A stretch of 64,000 nt of DNA from Clostridia bacterium (lineage in GTDB: Bacteria; Bacillota; Clostridia; Christensenellales; Aristaeellaceae). Location of the stretch: positions 87,808 through 151,807 of the forward strand of contig JAFUGS010000020.1 of assembly GCA_017469265.1 (NCBI GenBank). Direction: 5' to 3'. A program made the position numbers and the translations under genes. The notes beneath the pieces are model-generated. The model ran no database searches and was not told where the DNA came from. It worked only from the letters and a program-made list of their open reading frames with translations. Positions 28,008 through 37,499 of this stretch are shown piece by piece (within the stretch, counting starts at the first letter, position 1; every line of letters starts with the position of its first letter).

Positions 28008-30086
28008 ATGCGTGTGGAACAGCAGGGAAACCGTCTGATCATCCTGAGCGGGATGAACCAGGTCTGGATCGATCCCTGGGGAAAGGACAGTCTCCGCGTC
28101 CGGATGACCTGCGACGCGGAAATGGATGCCCATGACTGGGCGCTGACAGAACCGGTGGCGGAAACAGAACCGGTAATTACCGTCCGGGAGGTGGACACCA
28201 CGGACCCCTGGTATCGGGGGCCGGAATACGCCCATTATCATCGGGTTGAAAAAGAATACACTCTGACCAACGGCAGGCTGAGCGTCAGGGTCAATCCGGA
28301 AGGCTGGCTCAGCTTCTACAACCAGAAGGGCGATCTCCTGACGGAGGAATACTGGCGCAACCGGAACCGGATCAACCGGTATTCCACATCGCTGCGGATT
28401 CCCGCCCGGGAGCTGAAGCCGGTGCCGGGAACCTCGGATTACGCTCTGACCGCCCGCTTTGAAGCCTTTGAGGGGGAAAAAATCTTTGGCATGGGCCAGT
28501 ATCAGGATCCGCAGCTGAATAAAAAAGGCGCGATCCTGGAGCTCTGCCACCGGAATTCCCAGGCCAGCGTCCCCTTCTTCCTCTCCAGCCGGGGCTACGG
28601 CTTCCTGTGGAACAACCCCGCCATCGGCACCTGCACCTTCGGGGCCAACCGGACGGAATGGACGGCCCGCTCCACCAAAAAAATGGATTATTTCATCACC
28701 TGCGGCGACACCCCGGCGGAGATCGAGTACAATTACACGGCGGCGGTTGGCCGCGCGCCCATGATGCCGGAATTTGGCCTGGGCTACTGGCAGTGCAAGC
28801 TCCGGTACCGCACCCAGGAGGAGCTCCTTTCCGTGGCCCGGAAACATAAGGCCTTGGGGTTGCCCCTGGATGCCATCGTGGTGGATTTTTTCCACTGGAC
28901 ACGCCAGGGAGATTTCAAATTCGAGCCCCTGGACTGGCCGGATCCGGACGCGATGGTGCGCGAGCTGAAGCAGATGGGCGTGGAAACCGTGGTTTCCGTC
29001 TGGCCCACCGTGGATGAGCGCAGCGAAAACTACGGGGAGATGGCGGATCGGGGCTACCTGATCCGGACGGACCGGGGCAGTGAAATCTCCACCTGGATGG
29101 GCGATGTCACCATCTTTGACGCCACCCATCCCGGCGCCCGCCGCTTTGTCTGGGAAAAGTGCCGGGAAAACTATTACCGCAAGGGCATCCGCTGTTTCTG
29201 GCTGGATGAGGCGGAGCCGGAATATAACAGCTACGAATTTGACAATTACCGCTACTGGATCGGCCCGGCCCTGCAGACCTCCAATCTCTATCCCCTGTAC
29301 TATGTCAAAGGCTTCTACGACGGGCTGAAGGCGGAGGGTGAAAAGGAGATTCTGTCCCTGACCCGCTGTGCCTGGGTCGGCAGCCAGAAATATGCCGCCC
29401 TGGTCTGGTCCGGGGATGTCTACTCCTCCTTCCGGACCATGCGGGAACAGCTGCAGGCGGGCCTGTCCATGTCCATGGCGGGAATTCCCTGGTGGACGGC
29501 AGACATCGGCGGATTCATGGGGGGAGACGGCAGCGACCCGGCCTTCCGGGAACTGCTGGTCCGCTGGTTTGCCTGGTGCTGCTTCTGCCCTGTCTTCCGC
29601 ATGCACGGCGAGCGGAGCCCCTGGTATGAGCGGGAGCAGGAATACCGCAACGGTGTCCGCCAGCTGACCTCCGGTCAGGACAATGAGGTATGGAGCTTCG
29701 GCGAGGAAAATACACCCATCCTGACAAAGTACCTGTTCATCCGGGAGAAGATCCGTCCCTATGTCCGTCAGCTCATGGCGGACGCCCACACCTCCGGCGC
29801 GCCGGTCATGCGGCCCCTGTTCTATGATTTCCCCGAGGATTCGGAGGCCTGGAATGTGGAGGACAGCTATATGTTCGGCCCCGAGCTGCTGGTCAGCCCC
29901 GTGATGGAGGCGGGCGCCCGCCAGCGCCGGCTGTATCTGCCGGCCGGCGCTGGCTGGAAGAACGCCTTTACGGGAGAAACCTTCGACGGCGGCCGGTGGA
30001 TCACTGTTCCCGCTCCGCTGGATGTCATTCCTGTCATGATCCGCGTCCGGGAGGATCCGGCTCAGACCCTTTCCATCCTTCCCTGA
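28008..30086 (+). CDS. GH31 glycoside hydrolase (alpha-xylosidase/alpha-glucosidase-like)
   Basis: GYWQCKLRY, VVDFFHW, nucleophile WLDEAEPE, acid/base WSGDV, WTADIGGF, FRMHG, YMFGPELLVSPV. No signal peptide. Confidence 0.93.
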   Translation: MRVEQQGNRLIILSGMNQVWIDPWGKDSLRVRMTCDAEMDAHDWALTEPVAETEPVITVREVDTTDPWYRGPEYAHYHRVEKEYTLTNGRLSVRVNPEGWLSFYNQKGDLLTEEYWRNRNRINRYSTSLRIPARELKPVPGTSDYALTARFEAFEGEKIFGMGQYQDPQLNKKGAILELCHRNSQASVPFFLSSRGYGFLWNNPAIGTCTFGANRTEWTARSTKKMDYFITCGDTPAEIEYNYTAAVGRAPMMPEFGLGYWQCKLRYRTQEELLSVARKHKALGLPLDAIVVDFFHWTRQGDFKFEPLDWPDPDAMVRELKQMGVETVVSVWPTVDERSENYGEMADRGYLIRTDRGSEISTWMGDVTIFDATHPGARRFVWEKCRENYYRKGIRCFWLDEAEPEYNSYEFDNYRYWIGPALQTSNLYPLYYVKGFYDGLKAEGEKEILSLTRCAWVGSQKYAALVWSGDVYSSFRTMREQLQAGLSMSMAGIPWWTADIGGFMGGDGSDPAFRELLVRWFAWCCFCPVFRMHGERSPWYEREQEYRNGVRQLTSGQDNEVWSFGEENTPILTKYLFIREKIRPYVRQLMADAHTSGAPVMRPLFYDFPEDSEAWNVEDSYMFGPELLVSPVMEAGARQRRLYLPAGAGWKNAFTGETFDGGRWITVPAPLDVIPVMIRVREDPAQTLSILP

Positions 30087-30101
30087 TTGCAGCATCCCTG
30101 A

Positions 30102-30129
30102 CCCGCGGCAGAAACCGCGGGCTTTTTTT
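30102..30129 (+). terminator. Intrinsic terminator after GH31
   Basis: CCCGCGG-CAGAAA-CCGCGGG-CTTTTTTT. Confidence 0.85.
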
Positions 30130-30210
30130 CTGTCTCGATCAAAATCAGAAAGGCGGAAGGCCCGGCATGTTATCATCCGGTCCGCTTCAGCGGGTAAATC
30201 CATCTCATAA

Positions 30211-30237
30211 ATAAAGTCCCGGAGATCGTCTCCGGGA
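30211..30237 (-). terminator. Intrinsic terminator after the ABC ATPase
   Basis: TCCCGGAGA-3 nt-TCTCCGGGA followed on the minus strand by CTTTAT. Confidence 0.65.
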
Positions 30238-30245
30238 TCTTTCTA

Positions 30246-31181
30246 TTATTCCGTTATGGCCTGCAGGAAGGCTGTTTCCAGATCATCCTTTTCCGTTTCC
30301 ATCCGCCGGATCGGCGTTCCCAGCGCGGCACAGAGGGAGAACAGTTGATCCGTCATGCGTCCGCGCGCGTCGGCTTTTGTGCCGGTAATCCGCATCTCCG
30401 CCACGCCTTCCTCCTCCGTCGGCAGTGTTTCCACATGCTGGACACAGCCGATGCTGCGGATTGCGGGCTGCAGCTCCCGGGCCGTGCCGGCCGCGCTGAG
30501 GCGGATCCGCACCAGATCCGTTCCTTCCGTTTCCCGCAGCGGCACCCGCCGGATCAGCCTTCCCTCATGCAGGATGAAGGCCACGTCACACAGCTGCTGC
30601 ACCTCTGAAAGGATGTGGCTGGAAAACAGAATGGTGTGTTCCTCCCCCAGCAGGCGGATCAGCTTTCGTGTTTCCACCACCTGGAGAGGATCCAGCCCTG
30701 CCGTCGGCTCATCCAGGATCAGCACCTCCGGGTTTCCGCACAGAGCCTGAGCGATGCCCACCCGCTGCCGGGTGCCTTTGCTCAGATTCCCGATGACCCG
30801 CTCACCCTGTTTCTCCAGGTCGCAGACCTTCAGGATTTCCGCCACGTGATCCGGTATGCCCTTCGGAACCACTTCCCGCAGCTCGCTCACAAACCGCAGA
30901 TAATCCTTCACCGTCATTTCATCGTACAGCGGCGGCTTTTCCGGCAGGTATCCGATGCGCCGCTTGCACGCCTGTCCCTCTGTCAGCATATCCATGCCAT
31001 CCACGAGGACCCGTCCTTCGTCCGGAGGGAAGTAGCCGGTCATCAGGTTCAGCGCCGTGGTTTTTCCCGCGCCGTTCCTTCCCAGCAGGCCGGCGATCTG
31101 GCCCTTCTCCACGGTGAAGCTCACATCCCGCAGCGCCACATGCTGTCCGTATCGTTTTGTCACCCGCTCCAGGGAGATCAT
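30246..31181 (-). CDS. ABC-2 type transporter ATP-binding subunit (CcmA/GldA-like)
   Basis: GRNGAGKTT, LSKGTRQRVGIAQAL, ILDEPTAGLD, SSHILSEV. Confidence 0.92.
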   Translation of the reverse strand: MISLERVTKRYGQHVALRDVSFTVEKGQIAGLLGRNGAGKTTALNLMTGYFPPDEGRVLVDGMDMLTEGQACKRRIGYLPEKPPLYDEMTVKDYLRFVSELREVVPKGIPDHVAEILKVCDLEKQGERVIGNLSKGTRQRVGIAQALCGNPEVLILDEPTAGLDPLQVVETRKLIRLLGEEHTILFSSHILSEVQQLCDVAFILHEGRLIRRVPLRETEGTDLVRIRLSAAGTARELQPAIRSIGCVQHVETLPTEEEGVAEMRITGTKADARGRMTDQLFSLCAALGTPIRRMETEKDDLETAFLQAITE

Positions 31182-31212
31182 GTTTCTTCCTCCTTGTCCC
31201 GCGTCTCGCGGA

Positions 31213-34200
31213 TCAGCCGCCCTTGAGTACCACGTTCTCCGGTCCCATCTCGTCCCGCAGCCTTTTCAGGCAGGCTTCGCCGGCGTCACACCAGCTGGCC
31301 CGGGGTGCGAGCAGGGTGGTCTTTTCCTCCGGAAAATGCAGATACACCGGCACATCCCCCGGATACAGTCCCAGCAGTGCGCAGGCCCGTGTCATCTCCG
31401 TCCGGTTCATCCTCAGGAACAGCTTCTTTTTCGCGCCCGCCGCGGTCTCCGCGTCGGTCTTTCCCGGCGGCATTTCCGCCCTGGCCGGCGCGGTCGCGGT
31501 TTCCCGCGTCCCGTTTTCCTTCTTCCTGGCCCATTCCGCGATGGCCGTAATCCGCTCCGCCAGCAGTTTTGGCGCTTCCTCCTCCCGGACGCTCAGCCGT
31601 CCTTCCATGACCACCACCGCGTCCTCCTGCAGCAGCGCCTGGTATCGTTCAAAAACCCTCGGAAAAACCAGGCATTCCATCTGTCCTGTCATATCCTCGA
31701 TGGTGACGAAGGCCATGTAATCCCCTTTTTTTGTGGCCTTTCCCTTGATCGCGGTCAGAATACCGCCGATCTCCACCTGCCGTCCGTCCTGGCTCATGCC
31801 ATGATCCGGCGCGTCCTCAATCTCCGCCAGCTCGCTTGTCTGGAAACTGGTGTGCTGCAGAGCATCCCGCCATTCATCCAGCGGATGCCCGCTCATATAA
31901 ACGCCGGTGGCTTCTTTTTCCATCTGCAGCTTGACCTTCATGGGGCAGTCGTCCACCATCGGAAAGGTGTTTCCGTTTTCCCGCAGGATTTCATCCGCCC
32001 CCGCCATGTCAAAAAGGCTCATCTGCCCGGCGACGTTCTTTTTCCGGTCCTGCTGGTTCGCTTCCAGCGCGCCTTCATAGACCTGCAGCATCTGGGGCCG
32101 GTTCGCTCCCATCCCGTCGAAGGCCCCGGCCCGGATCAGGCTTTCCACTACCCGCTTGTTGCACTCGTTGGTATCAATCCGCCGGCAGAAGTCGAACAGA
32201 TCCCGATAAGGCTCATGTTCCCGCTCCCGGACAATAGCCCGCACCGCGTTCTCGCCCACGGCTTTTACCGCGCCGAGGCCGAAAAGAATGCTCCCTTTTC
32301 CGGCCGCGTCCGTTCTGACCGTGAATTTCCACCCGCTGCGGTTGATGTCCGGCGGCAGGACGCTGATCCCCCGGCCCCGGCAGTACTGGATGTATCCCGC
32401 GATCTTGCCCGCGTTGCCATAGACGCTGTTCAGCATCGCCGCCATGAACTGCACCGGATAGTACCGTTTCAGCCACCCGGTCTGCATGGCCACCACGCTG
32501 TACGCCGCGGCATGGCTTTTGTTGAAGGCGTAGCTCGCGAAGGAGATCATTTCATCATAAATCTGGTTGGCGGTCTGTTCATCCACGCCGTTGCGCACGC
32601 AGCCGGGGACTTTGATCTCCCCGTTCTCGTCCATCAGGCCGTGGACAAAGATTTCCCGCTCCTCATCCATGACCTTGTGCTTTTTCTTGGCCATGGCTCT
32701 GCGGACCAGGTCGCTCCGCCCATAGCTGTATCCCGCCAGATCCCGCACAATCTGCATGACCTGCTCCTGGTACACCATGCATCCGTAAGTTACGTCCAGG
32801 ATCGGCCGCAGCTTCTCTGTCTTGTACCTGACGCTCCCAGGATCCTGCTTTCCCGCGATATAGCGCGGGATGGATTCCATGGGGCCTGGCCGGTACAGGG
32901 AGATCGCGGCGATGATATCCTCGAAGCAGCTGGGCTTCATATTGGTCAGGAAAGCCGTCATGCCGTTTCCTTCCAGCTGGAACACGCCCTCCGTATCCCC
33001 CTGGCAGATCATGGCGTAGACTTCCGGGTCATCCAGCGGAATTTCTTCCGCCTTCATATCGACCCCAATCTCCCGCATCATCTCCAGGGTATCCCGGATC
33101 ACCGTCAGGGTGCGCAGTCCCAGGAAGTCCATTTTCAGCAGCCCCAGCCGCTCTATCGTTCCCATGGGATACTGGGTGGTGATGACCTCGTCGTTTCGCT
33201 GCAGCGGCACATAATCCACCACCGGCTTTCCGGTGATCAGAACGCCCGCCGCGTGGGTGCTGGCGTGCCGGGGCATGCCCTCCAGCGTCATCGCCATGTC
33301 TATCAGCTGACGAACCTTTTCCTGCCCCTCCACCATCTCCCGCAGCATGGGGCTGAGGCGCAGCGCCTTCTCCAGCGTCATGCCCAGATCGAAGGGGATG
33401 GCCTTGGCCACCGCGTCCGTCTCCTGGTACGTCATGCCCAGCACCCGGCCCACGTCGCGCACAACACCCTTGGCGGCCATCGTGCCGAAGGTGATGATCT
33501 GGCTGACGTGATCCGCGCCGTATTTCCGCGCCACGTAGTCGATGACCTCCTGCCGCCTTTCGTAGCAGAAGTCCACGTCAATATCCGGCATCGTCACCCG
33601 CTCCGGATTCAGGAAGCGCTCGAACAACAGCTGATACTTCAGCGGATCCAGCATGGTAATGCCCAGGCTGTAGGCCACAATAGATCCCGCGCCGCTGCCA
33701 CGCCCCGGCCCAACCATGATGCCGTGTTCCTTGGCGTAATGGATAAAATCCCAGACGATAAGGAAGTAATCCACGAATCCCATCTGGATGATGGTTCCCA
33801 GCTCGTATTCCAGCCGCTGCCAGGGTTCATCTCCTTCTTTCGCCCCGGGATACAGCCGGGCCATACCTTCCCCGCAAAGGCGGCGAAGCATGCTTTCCGC
33901 GGTTTCCCCTTCCGGTACGGGATATCTGGGCAGCCGGGTTTTTCCGAATTCAAAGGAAACATTGCAGCGTTCCGCGATCTTCACCGTGTTTTCAATCGCG
34001 TCCGGCACCGCCCGGAACAGCGCTCTCATTTCCTCTTCACTTTTGACGTACAGCTCCCGGGTTTCCATGCGCATCCGCTGATCATCCGCCAGGTTTTTCC
34101 CGGTCTGGATGCACATCAGCACTTCCTGGGCTTCCGCGTCCTTTTTCTCCAGGTAGTGACAGTCGTTGGTCGCCACCAGCGGCACATTCATCTCCCGGGC

Positions 34201-34770
34201 CAGCGCGATCAGCCGCGGCATCACGGTCTTCTCATCCCGCAGTCCGTGATCCATAATCTCAATAAAAAAGTTGTCTTCTCCGAAGATTTCCTGCATTTCC
34301 CGCACATAGGCACGGGCGCTCTCCTCCTGCCCGTTCAGCAGCATTTTGGGCAGATCCCCGCTCAGGCACGCGCTGCAGCAGATCAGTCCCTCATGATGTT
34401 CCCGGATCAGATCATAGTCCATCCGGGGCTTATAGTAGTAACCCGTCAGAAAAGCTTCGCTGCTGAGCTTCATCAGGTTCTGATATCCCGTATTGTTCTC
34501 GCACAGCAGGATCAGGTGGCTGTTTTCCCGACCGGCAGGGCTCCGGTCCATCCGATCCCGGCACACATAGGCCTCCATGCCGATGATGGGCTTGATTCCC
34601 GCGTCCGTCATGGCGGTATAAAAATCAATCGCCCCATACATTGCGCCGTGATCCGTTACCGCGCAGCTGGTCATCCCCAGGCTTTGCAGCTTCTCCACCA
34701 GTTTGCTGATCCGGCACGCACCGTCCAGCAGGCTGTACTCCGTGTGCAGATGTAAATGCGTGAAGCTCAT
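31213..34770 (-). CDS. dnaE: DNA polymerase III alpha subunit (DnaE)
   Basis: PHP domain HLHTEYSLLDG, GPGRGSGAGS, FERFLNPER, PDIDVDF, YAFNKSH, and a C-terminal OB fold. 1185 aa. Confidence 0.98.
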   Translation of the reverse strand: MSFTHLHLHTEYSLLDGACRISKLVEKLQSLGMTSCAVTDHGAMYGAIDFYTAMTDAGIKPIIGMEAYVCRDRMDRSPAGRENSHLILLCENNTGYQNLMKLSSEAFLTGYYYKPRMDYDLIREHHEGLICCSACLSGDLPKMLLNGQEESARAYVREMQEIFGEDNFFIEIMDHGLRDEKTVMPRLIALAREMNVPLVATNDCHYLEKKDAEAQEVLMCIQTGKNLADDQRMRMETRELYVKSEEEMRALFRAVPDAIENTVKIAERCNVSFEFGKTRLPRYPVPEGETAESMLRRLCGEGMARLYPGAKEGDEPWQRLEYELGTIIQMGFVDYFLIVWDFIHYAKEHGIMVGPGRGSGAGSIVAYSLGITMLDPLKYQLLFERFLNPERVTMPDIDVDFCYERRQEVIDYVARKYGADHVSQIITFGTMAAKGVVRDVGRVLGMTYQETDAVAKAIPFDLGMTLEKALRLSPMLREMVEGQEKVRQLIDMAMTLEGMPRHASTHAAGVLITGKPVVDYVPLQRNDEVITTQYPMGTIERLGLLKMDFLGLRTLTVIRDTLEMMREIGVDMKAEEIPLDDPEVYAMICQGDTEGVFQLEGNGMTAFLTNMKPSCFEDIIAAISLYRPGPMESIPRYIAGKQDPGSVRYKTEKLRPILDVTYGCMVYQEQVMQIVRDLAGYSYGRSDLVRRAMAKKKHKVMDEEREIFVHGLMDENGEIKVPGCVRNGVDEQTANQIYDEMISFASYAFNKSHAAAYSVVAMQTGWLKRYYPVQFMAAMLNSVYGNAGKIAGYIQYCRGRGISVLPPDINRSGWKFTVRTDAAGKGSILFGLGAVKAVGENAVRAIVREREHEPYRDLFDFCRRIDTNECNKRVVESLIRAGAFDGMGANRPQMLQVYEGALEANQQDRKKNVAGQMSLFDMAGADEILRENGNTFPMVDDCPMKVKLQMEKEATGVYMSGHPLDEWRDALQHTSFQTSELAEIEDAPDHGMSQDGRQVEIGGILTAIKGKATKKGDYMAFVTIEDMTGQMECLVFPRVFERYQALLQEDAVVVMEGRLSVREEEAPKLLAERITAIAEWARKKENGTRETATAPARAEMPPGKTDAETAAGAKKKLFLRMNRTEMTRACALLGLYPGDVPVYLHFPEEKTTLLAPRASWCDAGEACLKRLRDEMGPENVVLKGG

Positions 34771-34830
34771 TTCTGTTTCATTCGCTCCCTGTTTTCGTCC
34801 TTGCTTTCCGCTGAGGGCTGCCCTGTTTTC

Positions 34831-35310
34831 TTAATGAAAGGTTTCCATGATATCCCGGGTCAGGTTGGCGGCATCCTGACTGCCGTAGAAGAAGTCGATT
34901 TCGATCAGCCATCCGTCAAACAGATAGCTGTATCCTACGCACGGCGCTCCGTCCGCCGGATCCGCATCCTGGTACACCAGAAACCGCTCTCCCGCAATTT
35001 CCCGCACCTGGGCTTCCCGCCCGTTTTCGGTCAGCGCTTCCGCCAGCCCCTCCACGGTGCTGCCCTGCGCGTCCCAGGCAAAAACCAGCATCTCCAGATC
35101 AGGCTCCCGCCGAAAAACGCCCTTCAGATCCGTTTCCTCCGGCTTCGGGCTGCTGACAATCATGCCCGCCGGCAGCGTAAGCCGGTGGACCCCATCCGGC
35201 AGCACAGCTTCCCGGGCTTCCGTAACGCGAAAATCCGCCAGGGCCGGGCAGGTTCCAAGCATCAGGCACAGGATCATCCCCAGGGTCAGCACGCTCAGCA
35301 CTTTTTTCAT
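34831..35310 (-). CDS. Small secreted hypothetical protein
   Basis: Signal peptide MKKVLSVLTLGMILCLMLGTCPALA, ATGA overlap with the upstream XRE gene, SD GGAGG. Confidence 0.8.
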   Translation of the reverse strand: MKKVLSVLTLGMILCLMLGTCPALADFRVTEAREAVLPDGVHRLTLPAGMIVSSPKPEETDLKGVFRREPDLEMLVFAWDAQGSTVEGLAEALTENGREAQVREIAGERFLVYQDADPADGAPCVGYSYLFDGWLIEIDFFYGSQDAANLTRDIMETFH

Positions 35311-35801
35311 TGGAAGGCCTCCTCCTCGATTTCGCCCTCGGCCATCTTCTCTTCCAGCCACAGCTGCATGGTGGATACGGAAACCTGAAGTTTCTCAAGC
35401 GTATTCTTGATCTGGGCAAAGTCATCGTACTCGTCCGGAGAGATCGTCCCGTCCTCCGCGATTTCCAGCAGCCTGTCCTTGAAACGGTTCAGCCGGTTCA
35501 GCCCGTTCAGGGTTTCCACCGCAATCTGCACCAGCTCCCGGCTCTCCACCCGGGGCGTCCGGCCCTTTCCGATGGGACACTCCATGCTGCAATAGTAATT
35601 GCACAGCCCGGGTGCCTTGTAGTATTCAGCCATCAGCTTCACATCCTCCGGCCGGATCTGAACCCGTTCGTTTTCGATTTTCTCAATTCGCTCCGGGGAG
35701 AAGCCGGGAATCAGTTCCCCCGCCTTCTCCCGGGTCAGGCCCAGTTCCTCCCTCGTAATCTGGTAGATGCTTTTATTCTCCCTGATTGACTTCCGTCCCA
35801 T
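35307..35801 (-). CDS. XRE-family HTH regulator with a Cys cluster and a C-terminal helical domain
   Basis: SIYQITREELGLTREKAGELIPGFSPERIEKIENE HTH, LCNYYCSMECPIG, EDGTISPDE. SD GGAGG. Confidence 0.85.
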   Translation of the reverse strand: MGRKSIRENKSIYQITREELGLTREKAGELIPGFSPERIEKIENERVQIRPEDVKLMAEYYKAPGLCNYYCSMECPIGKGRTPRVESRELVQIAVETLNGLNRLNRFKDRLLEIAEDGTISPDEYDDFAQIKNTLEKLQVSVSTMQLWLEEKMAEGEIEEEAFQ

Positions 35802-37302
35802 CTGTCTTTGCCTCCCCGTTCGTGGTGATGTAATCCTCGTGGATCCATCCTCTTTTCCCTTTCGCTTCCACCTGCCAGAAGGCGTCTTCCTTCCCCAGCA
35901 GGGTAACCTCCGTGCCGGTCTTCCAGTTCTCAATGATCTTCTGTTTTTCGCTGGGCCCGAAGCGGACCTTGACGGTGGCCCGCCCGCTGGTGCTGCCGTT
36001 GACGCTGATCTTTCCTTTCAGGATCTCTCCCGCCAGTGGCTCCACCCGCTCCACTTCGTCTTTTTGTACATATCCGCGGTCATCCTTGTAGATGACCATC
36101 AGCCGATCCTCCTCCTCCCGGATCACGGGAAGGATCTGCCCCGGAGCAATCGCGCCGATCCGTTTTCCCTCTGCGCTGTTGAGCCGGATGTTTTTCTTTT
36201 CCGTCACCACAGCGAGGCTGCCGCTTTGCGTCTCCCCCCAGGTCAGGGTCCGGGTGGGTACTGTCATTTCCTTCCCGTTGACCGTGATCCGGCTTTCGCC
36301 GATCCCGATCTCCTCCAGCGCGGCGCCGATCTTCCCATCCGCCCCGCTGTAGCTGAGCCAGCGGGGACGAATCAGCCGTCCGCCCCGCCGCGCGCAGTAT
36401 TCCAGATCCATGTAGTAGCTGAGTCCACCGTAGTATCCGGTCTCAAAGAAGTATTCTGCCCCGGGGATTTCTCCCGGTGTCTTTGCTTCCACATACGCGT
36501 CGTCCGCCAGGTAGTAGATTTTTCCTTTCTTAATCCGCTCAAAGGTGGCGCTGGGCGCGCTGTCCACCACCAGCACCTTCTGCCCCGCCTCGTCGATCCC
36601 GGCCATGAGGGCAATATGGCCGATCACGATGCCAAAGGAATACAGATCCCCGTTCCGAAGGCCTTCCCGCAGCTCCACCTTATTCTTCTGCAGGTTGTTT
36701 CCCGTCCCGTATCCGTACACCTGCCCGGCCTGATAAATGAGGCGGGCGTTGGCTGTACCGTTCTTCGTATAGCACTTCCGATAGGTCACCGCCAGGGTTT
36801 CCGGACGGATATCCTCCCCCGTCCATCCCATTCGCTGCAGCGCGTGGCTCAGCGTGAAGATGGCGCAGCCCGCGTTATCCAGATCAGATTTGGCGTAGAC
36901 CTTGTCCTTCCAGGAACCGTCCTTCTGGCTGTAGATCATCTCCGGCCCCTGGACATCTTCCTTTCTGCCGGAGACCGGAATCTGCACGCTGGCAGTCTCC
37001 TGTGTCCCATCGGCGAAAACCACCGCCGCCTGCAGCTCGTAAGTGCCTTCCTGTCTGGGACTGAAGGCCGCGGTAAAATGGTCATCTTCCTCCCCCTGGA
37101 ACACGTTCTTTCCATCCACACTCAGGGCGTAAATCACCTTCGCGCCTTCGGACTCCGCCTCTCCGGGAAGCACCTGAATCTCGACCGTCTCGCCCACGCG
37201 CGCTTCCGCCGGCGCGGCCGTGACGCGCGCTTCCGCCACGGCCCCCGCCGACAGCAGCGTCAGGCCCAGAAGCAACCCGATCAAAAAGCAGCGTTTTCTC
37301 AT
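35773..37302 (-). CDS. Secreted protein with Ig-like, C39-like cysteine peptidase and SH3b domains
   Basis: Signal peptide, then YSQKDGSW...AGCAIFTLS...GHIALM...VDSAP (Q/C/H/D), then SH3-like VRFGPS...VTLLGKEDAFWQVEAKGKRGWIHEDYI. Confidence 0.8.
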   Translation of the reverse strand: MRKRCFLIGLLLGLTLLSAGAVAEARVTAAPAEARVGETVEIQVLPGEAESEGAKVIYALSVDGKNVFQGEEDDHFTAAFSPRQEGTYELQAAVVFADGTQETASVQIPVSGRKEDVQGPEMIYSQKDGSWKDKVYAKSDLDNAGCAIFTLSHALQRMGWTGEDIRPETLAVTYRKCYTKNGTANARLIYQAGQVYGYGTGNNLQKNKVELREGLRNGDLYSFGIVIGHIALMAGIDEAGQKVLVVDSAPSATFERIKKGKIYYLADDAYVEAKTPGEIPGAEYFFETGYYGGLSYYMDLEYCARRGGRLIRPRWLSYSGADGKIGAALEEIGIGESRITVNGKEMTVPTRTLTWGETQSGSLAVVTEKKNIRLNSAEGKRIGAIAPGQILPVIREEEDRLMVIYKDDRGYVQKDEVERVEPLAGEILKGKISVNGSTSGRATVKVRFGPSEKQKIIENWKTGTEVTLLGKEDAFWQVEAKGKRGWIHEDYITTNGEAKTDGTEVNQGE

Positions 37303-37454
37303 GCTTCCCTCCAGCAATCATTTCCTTTTATTATACTCCTCCTTGAAGGCCCTGACAAGTTTCAGGGAAGGCGCGGGCTCCTGGCGGAAACAGGATGGTA
37401 CAGAACTGTTTCCGGTCTTCCTTTTTCCCGGAATCCGGCACGCTTCCGCGCCAA

Positions 37455-37486
37455 AAACAGAAAACCCCTGCCCGTTCGGGCAGGGG
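37455..37486 (-). terminator. Intrinsic terminator after ispH-rpsA
   Basis: Minus strand CCCCTGCCC-GAAC-GGGCAGGGG-TTTTCTGTTT. Confidence 0.85.
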
Positions 37487-37499
37487 CGCATGAATCCTC

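Noticed and set aside
31213-34770. Possible intein or intron in dnaE
   Set aside because: The length (1185 aa) and continuous motifs are those of an uninterrupted DnaE, with no splice-junction or homing-endonuclease motifs.
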